Below are positions 55,401-62,310 of a stretch of 62,310 nucleotides of DNA, one piece after another. Origin of the DNA: a virus (taxonomy: Duplodnaviria; Caudoviricetes); IMG/VR virus record IMGVR_UViG_3300033148_005414, positions 1 through 62,310 of that record; one strand, written 5' to 3'. The position numbers and the translations under genes are program-made. The notes below the pieces were generated by a model, which did not search any database, was not told the DNA's origin, and worked only from the letters and a program-made list of their open reading frames with translations. The stretch's first letter is position 1. Each line of letters starts with the position of its first letter.

Positions 55401-56423
55401 TTATGCGTAGGCTGCTGCCCGGTGCTTAACTATGCGGCCTTCACGGCCTGCAGTGAGGATGTCTTGTTCAATTTTCCTCGCCTCATTTTTGTCCTTGTAC
55501 TTCCCTTTCCGCTTGTCAGCATAAAACTGATCTACTTCTGCGTGGGTGTACACTTTAGCTTCTTCGATTGGTGGGATTCCTCCACTAGAAGTTTCTGGTG
55601 TAATCAGCTCCTCGGGAACATTCGGCACAATAGATGGCGAAGGTTCTTTTTTAAGAGAAGATGGTCCTGCATAATCAATAAAGAATTTTGCAGCCGCGTC
55701 CACATCAAATTCACTGTGAGCCTTGGCAAGAAATTCTTGCTTCTCACGATCTGTGTAGGGCACGAGTTCTGCCAAGAAGTTGTGGAACCCGTCATCATCG
55801 TTGATCTCCAGCCAGTCACGGCCAGTTTCAGTCTTCACTTTAAGAGCTAAAGCTGAACGAAAATCACGTTCATGATTTACCACAACGGTCTCACGTACTT
55901 GTGTGACACCTTGTTTTACATTTGCAAGCTGTTGCTGTAGATCCACAATTTGCTTTGCCATTTCACCCGCTGATTGCTGGGCTACTTTCCGCATCATCCC
56001 AATATTGCCTTCGCCATATTGTTCAATTTCTTCATCAGAAAAAGTAACTTCATCTAATGCAGGCTGTAGTGTTTCTACATTCTGAATACTAACTTTCAAC
56101 TCATCGACATCTTTTTGTAAAAACTCGACTTTATCTTCAGCTGTACTCAATAGACCGCGTAACTCTGGAACTTCACGGTTATAGCGTTTTTGTAAACCCT
56201 TATACCGTTTTTCCCATTCAGTCTCGTCTACTTTAGGTTCCTCACCTACAGCGGGGATAACTGGCTGGTCTAAATTCTGGTCTTCTGCTGCTGCCGCAGC
56301 GGGTTGTTCCAGTTTGTCGGATGGCTTTTCAATAGGAGCAGCTTCTGCTGGGTCCGTATTTAATGCCTCTTGAAGCTTTTTAGCTTCGGTTGCTTGCTTT
56401 TTAACACTTCTTGGTACTGTCAT
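55401..56423 (-). CDS. Capsid scaffolding protein
   Basis: Acidic coiled coil, WEKRYKGLQ, C-terminal EGRI; immediately upstream of capsid. Confidence 0.75.
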   Translation of the reverse strand: MTVPRSVKKQATEAKKLQEALNTDPAEAAPIEKPSDKLEQPAAAAAEDQNLDQPVIPAVGEEPKVDETEWEKRYKGLQKRYNREVPELRGLLSTAEDKVEFLQKDVDELKVSIQNVETLQPALDEVTFSDEEIEQYGEGNIGMMRKVAQQSAGEMAKQIVDLQQQLANVKQGVTQVRETVVVNHERDFRSALALKVKTETGRDWLEINDDDGFHNFLAELVPYTDREKQEFLAKAHSEFDVDAAAKFFIDYAGPSSLKKEPSPSIVPNVPEELITPETSSGGIPPIEEAKVYTHAEVDQFYADKRKGKYKDKNEARKIEQDILTAGREGRIVKHRAAAYA

Positions 56424-56540
56424 CTTCTCTTCTCTCCTGCAAGTCGAGGGTATGATGTCCTATGGAGTCATACTTTTGATGTTGCTTATATACTAATAAA
56501 GGGATAAACCCCGTTTATCGACATATAAAAATATCTTATG

Positions 56541-56756
56541 TTATGAGTGTAGTATGTTTCTAGCGTTGTTGGCAAGTGTTGTTATTTCTTTTAATTCCTG
56601 CACCGCGCCTTGGGTCCGTAAAAAGTCCGATCCATCAGCGACAATTAGCTTTTCAAGAAGCCCTTCACCACAATCGTCCAAAAAGTTTTTAATTACCTGC
56701 CCTGCTGGAGTGATAAACGCTTCCATAACCTGCTTTTCATTTTTTGCTTTAATCAT
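56541..56756 (-). CDS. Small virion-assembly protein
   Basis: LRTQGAV motif typical of the gene preceding scaffold in podoviruses. Confidence 0.65.
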   Translation of the reverse strand: MIKAKNEKQVMEAFITPAGQVIKNFLDDCGEGLLEKLIVADGSDFLRTQGAVQELKEITTLANNARNILHS

Positions 56757-56757
56757 A

Positions 56758-57255
56758 TTACACCTCGCTCATTATGATGATTAGCGCAAGCTCCTCATCT
56801 TCTCTTACGAGCTCCATTTTTAACTGATCTGCAGCTCGCATCTCTTTTGCGGCACGAATTTTCAGCGCCTTTCTGGCTTTTTCTTTGGTAACACCTAATT
56901 CAAGCTGTACCGCCTCTATTTTTGCCGCCAATTCTGTGGGAGGCAGCATCTTTAATGCCGCAGCCGGAGTTGGCTCTGGACCGCCAGTTACGAAATATTT
57001 TTCACCTTCAATGGTGATTTCAGTGACTTTTTCCATCACCTCTCGAATTTTCTTAGGCTCAATATCTTTTAATCGTAATGAAGGCTCTCCTTGACTACGT
57101 TTAATAAATATCTTGCGGGGCATTACCTCGTATTTTTTGCGAATATAGCCACCAGCAGAATATTCCTCTTCTGGCACCAGATAGACGCCATATGGACCTA
57201 ATCCAAATGTACAAATATTATTTGATGCCCCGAGCCCTCGAGTTGCTAATGTCAC
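56758..57255 (-). CDS. Hypothetical protein
   Basis: Coupled ORF; C-terminal EDEELALII. Confidence 0.65.
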   Translation of the reverse strand: MTLATRGLGASNNICTFGLGPYGVYLVPEEEYSAGGYIRKKYEVMPRKIFIKRSQGEPSLRLKDIEPKKIREVMEKVTEITIEGEKYFVTGGPEPTPAAALKMLPPTELAAKIEAVQLELGVTKEKARKALKIRAAKEMRAADQLKMELVREDEELALIIIMSEV

Positions 57256-58568
57256 GCCAACTTATCCCGACGATTCACTGCGTTACCGCCATATGGAGTA
57301 GTAGCAGCCACGTTCTCCCAAATATTACATGTAAATAACGGGGTAACATCATCATCAGCGTATACAGTCATAATTCCAGTAACTGGGTCAGTTTCTGTTT
57401 TGTTCATGAGAACTTTATTTTGTACGGATAGTTTATTAATAACATCTATCCCCTCATCTGTATTCCATACTTCTTTTGAAGTTGTTTCATCAATAACTGT
57501 GCAGCCAGCTCCTGAGCTATCAGTAAAAACTGTAGACCCGCGAATAATTATGGTACCTACTGTATTGGTGGAATCGATAATAAGCTCGCCCCCCGTTGAG
57601 TCAAAGGAGAATATCATGGCAGAAGTAATGCCTTTCACCGTGATAGAACCTGAATATTGACGCATTGTAATATTACCAGTACTACCATTAACATCTAAAA
57701 TAGGCGGGGAGGATAAAGAGGCGTTTTCACAGCTTACAAAGTGAACTTCTTGACTGTTCGCAGAATCTATAGTTACCGAGCCACCTTCAAAGGCAGTATT
57801 CATAAAACGGCTAATGGCTGATGCCCCACCTATACCAGACAGTGATAATAAAGCACAATCTTTAACATATAGCGCACCGCCTAAATCGCCCGTTAAACAA
57901 GCATTAAGAAAGCTTGTTTCGCTGGTAAGTGCGCCAGCTGTAAAAGTAATAATAGTTTGAGATGAATTTATCCCTTCAAGCACATATCCACCTAAATCAT
58001 CAGAAGCCCCAACTGTCGCATCTACTACTACATAAATAGTTGAAAAACCCTTATTAATGGATTGAATTAAAACATCGGCTAGATTTTTTAGTGGGTTGGC
58101 TTCGTTTCCATCTGTGTCTGAATCGGTGATGCTTGTTTTACCGCTGACCGCATTCCAATAAATTCCACTATTAAACGTACCAAACACAAGAATAGATTGG
58201 TCAATAAAACCGGTTGTATTATTGGTATTTACTGAAACCTGATTTTTCACCTCACCATCACGGATATTAGTATTGCCATTGATGATGTTCACAGAATAAA
58301 GTCCATCCTCAAATTGGATGCGGTAAAAGTTCAAGTCTAAGTCGGTAATGGACGGGGTTGATGCGGTCGCGGCTATTCGTGTAAACAGGAATGGATAGGG
58401 AATGGCTTCGGCTGAATCAGCAAAGTCTCTTAATAACCCCCAATAATCGTCCACAGTTAAATTGTACTTAGTGCCAGAATCTAACGATAGGTCAGCTTTA
58501 GGCACAGTAATCACCCACGGGGAAACACTCCAATTTATGCTAATCGCCAACGGTACTTCCTCCATCAA
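57252..58568 (-). CDS. Putative virion structural protein
   Basis: Beta-rich Ser/Thr/Gly composition; TVYADDDVTPL near the C-terminus. Confidence 0.7.
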   Translation of the reverse strand: MMEEVPLAISINWSVSPWVITVPKADLSLDSGTKYNLTVDDYWGLLRDFADSAEAIPYPFLFTRIAATASTPSITDLDLNFYRIQFEDGLYSVNIINGNTNIRDGEVKNQVSVNTNNTTGFIDQSILVFGTFNSGIYWNAVSGKTSITDSDTDGNEANPLKNLADVLIQSINKGFSTIYVVVDATVGASDDLGGYVLEGINSSQTIITFTAGALTSETSFLNACLTGDLGGALYVKDCALLSLSGIGGASAISRFMNTAFEGGSVTIDSANSQEVHFVSCENASLSSPPILDVNGSTGNITMRQYSGSITVKGITSAMIFSFDSTGGELIIDSTNTVGTIIIRGSTVFTDSSGAGCTVIDETTSKEVWNTDEGIDVINKLSVQNKVLMNKTETDPVTGIMTVYADDDVTPLFTCNIWENVAATTPYGGNAVNRRDKLA

Positions 58569-58752
58569 AGTTTTTAATTAACATTGTTGTATATCTTTGC
58601 TCAAGCTGATTGAGTTTTACATTCATCGTATTTATTAATTTCTCTAAATCATCTATTTTTTTCGTAACCTCAATGCGCGTTGATTCTGCTTTATCAATCG
58701 CAGCGCGGGCATTTCTCGTGGCTATTTCAGACCATGCTTTTTCTTCACTCAT
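58540..58752 (-). CDS. Small coiled-coil protein
   Basis: Heptad pattern; coupled. Confidence 0.65.
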   Translation of the reverse strand: MSEEKAWSEIATRNARAAIDKAESTRIEVTKKIDDLEKLINTMNVKLNQLEQRYTTMLIKNFDGGSTVGD

Positions 58753-60626
58753 TAGTCGTCACTCGTCATAACAGAAACTGCATCAAAACCGGCTGATGTT
58801 GAGATTGTGCCATTTAATGAGCCTTGTTTAAAATAAGGGGCGGAAGTGCTTTTACGTGTATAGCCTGTTACGGGTTGCGCCGTACCATAAACTCTTGAAA
58901 CGCTTAATTCTCCATTAACGTCTGTTACTCCATCCAAAGCAACAAAAGTACAGGTAATTGTGCCTGTAGCTGGCGTCGTTGGTGAATTTGCCACCTCATA
59001 AGTGTATTCGTTTGCAGTCGTGACCGTAATGGACGCGATAATATTATAATCTTGCTGATCTGCATCACGGATTAAAATTTTATCACCTGTTGCCATTCCA
59101 TGAGCGGTATGAGCTACGGTTGCTGTAGTGGTTGCTCTTGTGATTGTAACCACATCCTCAAAAGGAAAATCTCCTGTCCCATCCGAAGCTTTTAATACCA
59201 CAATAGCGGATTGAATAGGTGTGCCATCTGCTTCTTTTGTTGTCACTTTAACTGATACAGATCCAGCTACAACCGTCATCGTGCCACTGTTAGTGTTGCT
59301 GTATTCTCCCGCAGCTGTATTCGTACCTTCTGTGGCATTAATAGTGACATCTGCATTTGTGCCTGAGTTAATACCATGCCAAATAGTGCCGCTTGAATAA
59401 TCACCGAAGAAGATAAAATCTTCCAAGGTTAAATCATAATCCCCCGTATAAGGGAAGTTCAGCATATATTGTGTAGTGGGGGTTCCTGACGTTATGAAAT
59501 TAATTTTTTTACCATTATGCGTTAATGTGCCGCCGGACGGCGTTTGCGGGAATTTATACCCGTAATTATTTGCATTCCCAGTGGGATCAATAATAAAGAT
59601 ATTAAGCATTTCAGCGCCGTTATTTGTTGCGCCACTATCAACTTCGTTACAATTAGTAAATGTTGCGGAGATAACCGACGTTTTTCCGTTATCGTCAAAT
59701 AAAACGCCTGCCTCAGCCCCTTTAAAAGAGGAACCGTAAAATTTTACGCTGTTGCTGGCATTGCCACCTAGATTGGTGGATAAATCTATATTGTATTTTT
59801 CGCCAAGCGCATCCATATTTAAGCCTGATACGCCTTGCCTTGCATCTCCCGTACCCACTACAGAGCCCAGAGTTATGTCGGTTATTCCTGTTGAGCTGCC
59901 TAACGATAAACCGTAAGCTGAGGTTGATACAGGTAAATCAGCCCATCTGAAAGTGGAACCTTCATCAGAGAACGTGCAGGCATCCGTGCCGTTATCATTA
60001 AATTGAAGCCTACCTTTACCGATAAAAACACCATTTTGCTTATCAATTAATCCAGAAGCGTCTGCATCAATTAAATCAAATACTTCCTGAAAGCCACTGC
60101 CTGCGGTTGTTGTTGTCCCTGTAATGGTAATCGTTGGATCGCCATAGTACATGGCATCAATATGCGCGTTATCATCTAAATTTTTTGCAAGCATTTTAAA
60201 GCCGACACCAAGGTCAACAATATCTGTCAGAGTCGCCGCTGTTCCATTATTTGCATCTGGCGTATTTCCACAGTAAGCAACGAAGAAAACCCAACCCCCA
60301 GCATAAGTATCTGAACCACCTACATACCAATAAGACTCATTGCCTGAACTATCCCTAACTGCAATTTGCATACCGCCCAATGCTTTAGTATCAACATCAC
60401 CCGCGTTAGAAATGCGAAGCCAAACACCTATATGCTTGGTGGACATATCCGCTGGCGGCGTATCAGTAATATTAAAATTATATAAAGTCTCTATATCAAC
60501 ATCATAGCCTACATAACCAGCGCCAGACCTTTGCCCCTCTGTGTAAGCTGTAGTTGTTGCTTCATCAAAAACATCAGTATCATGTTCCGATAAAAGCGTC
60601 ATACCATTTGTAACGGTTAATGCCAT
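58752..60626 (-). CDS. Putative virion structural / appendage protein (624 aa)
   Basis: Thr/Gly-rich beta sequence; TAHGMATGD..I motif. Confidence 0.7.
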   Translation of the reverse strand: MALTVTNGMTLLSEHDTDVFDEATTTAYTEGQRSGAGYVGYDVDIETLYNFNITDTPPADMSTKHIGVWLRISNAGDVDTKALGGMQIAVRDSSGNESYWYVGGSDTYAGGWVFFVAYCGNTPDANNGTAATLTDIVDLGVGFKMLAKNLDDNAHIDAMYYGDPTITITGTTTTAGSGFQEVFDLIDADASGLIDKQNGVFIGKGRLQFNDNGTDACTFSDEGSTFRWADLPVSTSAYGLSLGSSTGITDITLGSVVGTGDARQGVSGLNMDALGEKYNIDLSTNLGGNASNSVKFYGSSFKGAEAGVLFDDNGKTSVISATFTNCNEVDSGATNNGAEMLNIFIIDPTGNANNYGYKFPQTPSGGTLTHNGKKINFITSGTPTTQYMLNFPYTGDYDLTLEDFIFFGDYSSGTIWHGINSGTNADVTINATEGTNTAAGEYSNTNSGTMTVVAGSVSVKVTTKEADGTPIQSAIVVLKASDGTGDFPFEDVVTITRATTTATVAHTAHGMATGDKILIRDADQQDYNIIASITVTTANEYTYEVANSPTTPATGTITCTFVALDGVTDVNGELSVSRVYGTAQPVTGYTRKSTSAPYFKQGSLNGTISTSAGFDAVSVMTSDD

Positions 60627-61027
60627 TGCTTAAACCTATGTGCCAATACAATTCCTGCCGCTGTTTCAGCGTGTACAGGTAATCTTGAAGGGATACTAAT
60701 TTTGTTTGCAAAGTAATCTAAATTACTATAATCAGAACCGAAAATATAAGTGGCGTTCTCAGGATGTTTGAATTTATATAGCGATTCCCCGCCCTGCTCA
60801 ATCACTACAACGTGGCCACCGGCGAACTGAATTGCTCTATGAATATTATTAAACGCTTTAAACTCAACTTCGGCATCGTTTATTTGAATATCTTCACCTG
60901 TAACGCAATATAATTTATGTATTCCAAAAGCTTTGCATGTTAAACCCCATCGAGACAAAAGCTTTTTTTTGCCGTGCGGAGTATCAAGCCCCTTTGGCGT
61001 GTCCCAATGGAAAATAATTGCGCTCAT
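60617..61027 (-). CDS. Minimal SPOUT (TrmH/TrmL-like) methyltransferase-fold protein
   Basis: KAFGI, LYKFKHPENATYIFGSD, ISIP...AETAAGIVL pattern. Confidence 0.6.
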   Translation of the reverse strand: MSAIIFHWDTPKGLDTPHGKKKLLSRWGLTCKAFGIHKLYCVTGEDIQINDAEVEFKAFNNIHRAIQFAGGHVVVIEQGGESLYKFKHPENATYIFGSDYSNLDYFANKISIPSRLPVHAETAAGIVLAHRFKQWH

Positions 61028-62310
61028 TATGCGTCAGTCGTTCTTATGGATGTGTTATTGCCGCCATTACTACCCATTGTGCCTGTTGCAATATACTCTT
61101 TGGTCGGAGTACCGCCACCATCACGAACCTTGATAACGAAATTCCGGTCTGCCGCGCCGTAAACATAATTGAATGTTTCTGATGTGGCTCCAGCAACCTT
61201 ATCAATGTAGCCAATATAAACATAACTACCAACTGCTGCTTCATTTGCTAAGAAATCTTCTTGCCCGTCTGTGGAATCAATAGTAAATGTTGACCCGGTA
61301 AAGCTGGAATAACTTAGTCTTCGAGCAAAGCCTGCATCATCCACAACCCTAATATACCCCGAAGAAGGGGTGTCAGACGGAATCGCATTATCAATAACAA
61401 CCGCTGTAATATTATCAGCAGTTAATGCAGTATCAAGTTGTAGCTGGGAATAATGAACGTCTACGCCTGATGTAGCATTTACAGAAGCAAAATCTTCATC
61501 TCCTGTCGTAGTATCTATCGTAAATGTTGACCCGGTAAAGCTGGAATAATGTAATTTCCGCTGAACGCCGTTGTCATCTGTTACTTGAATCCAGCCGGTC
61601 GCGGTAAGCCATGAATCAATCGTTTCCGACACCACAACAGAGGTGATGTTATCAGCAGTTAATGAAGTTGCTAATGTGTATTTTGTTAGTCCTAATAATG
61701 GGTTAGAGCTTGCATCTAAACTAATACCATCATAATTACCAATTAAAATATTATCTTCACTAACAACTAACCCGCTTTGAGTAAAAGTCACGTTATTAGG
61801 CGGGTTAATGGTTGTGTCGGTTAAGTCATTTACTTTATCTGTATTAGATAAATCACCCGTTTGCAGCGTTAAACCGTAAGAACCAACGATTGACGAACCA
61901 GTTGAAGAGCCGAAAAATGGTGCTTTAATTAGAGGAACGCGATCAGTAATAGCAACATTCATTGTTACCGTAGCCCCTGAAATACCACCTGTGATCACCT
62001 CATTATTAACAGGAGCAACACCAGTTAATAACTGGATCCACATTTTTGTACCTGCGGTTGGTGAATCTATCGCAAACATCTGGCCTGTACCGGTAGCCCA
62101 TGAAACGTCTTCCACTGCTGCAAAAGTCCCCGTAGGAGTATCAACCACTATTTCATGTGTGATGCCTCGGAATAATTCGCCAGAGATACCGTAGATATAT
62201 TCAGCTGTGCCATCACGAGATAGCCATTTTAGCCGCTCAGTGAACACATTAATTGTATTTGCGCCACGATCCCATTGGGCGTAGTAATCTTCATTTGCTG
62301 CGTTATTATC
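61027..62310 (-). CDS. C-terminal part of the junction-spanning ~736-aa virion protein
   Basis: In frame with 1031..1 across the overlap; contains a tandem 79-aa repeat. Confidence 0.88.
   Translation of the reverse strand, partial: DNNAANEDYYAQWDRGANTINVFTERLKWLSRDGTAEYIYGISGELFRGITHEIVVDTPTGTFAAVEDVSWATGTGQMFAIDSPTAGTKMWIQLLTGVAPVNNEVITGGISGATVTMNVAITDRVPLIKAPFFGSSTGSSIVGSYGLTLQTGDLSNTDKVNDLTDTTINPPNNVTFTQSGLVVSEDNILIGNYDGISLDASSNPLLGLTKYTLATSLTADNITSVVVSETIDSWLTATGWIQVTDDNGVQRKLHYSSFTGSTFTIDTTTGDEDFASVNATSGVDVHYSQLQLDTALTADNITAVVIDNAIPSDTPSSGYIRVVDDAGFARRLSYSSFTGSTFTIDSTDGQEDFLANEAAVGSYVYIGYIDKVAGATSETFNYVYGAADRNFVIKVRDGGGTPTKEYIATGTMGSNGGNNTSIRTTDA
62207..62310. repeat. Terminal overlap, right copy (identical to 1-104)
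   Basis: Exact 104-nt match. Confidence 0.97.

Noticed and set aside
1-62310. CRISPR array, diversity-generating retroelement, retron, integrase/att site, alternative genetic code
   Set aside because: No repeat-spacer array, reverse transcriptase or recombinase motifs were seen; genes tile densely under the standard code using all three stop codons

Overview
The window is an apparently complete, circularly closed tailed dsDNA phage genome of 62,206 unique bp. Bases 1-104 recur exactly at 62207-62310, and one virion gene reads through the join. The gene set is podovirus-like, and SSB, ThyA and regulatory motifs suggest a gammaproteobacterial host. Three blocks are visible. (i) A long minus-strand late block: terminases, lysis cassette, portal, scaffold, capsid, adaptors, tail fibre and ejection proteins, including a 2321-aa polyvalent protein. 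(ii) A plus-strand early operon of small genes at 15.85-22.8 kb. (iii) A minus-strand recombination/DNA-metabolism block: RecT, YqaJ, SSB, SF2 helicase, Dam, ThyA and several HNH/GIY-YIG nucleases. I recognised no integrase, DNA or RNA polymerase, primase or replication initiator. The most striking signals are non-coding. Three complete type II hammerhead ribozymes each sit between a stop codon and the next ribosome-binding site in the early operon, while other junctions carry long hairpins. Three Fur-box-like sites lie in the early/late divergence region, and the tail fibre carries HxH motifs. A 128-nt CCA-ended tRNA-like RNA has a pseudoknot-capable insert in place of the anticodon arm. A ~430-nt non-coding region holds a short promoter-terminator sRNA and a G-rich tract, a candidate RNA-controlled origin. 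Accessory enzymes include a sulfotransferase/APS-kinase pair, an Asp/Asn beta-hydroxylase-like oxygenase and a minimal SPOUT-like protein. All calls come from reading motifs by eye; no database search was run.
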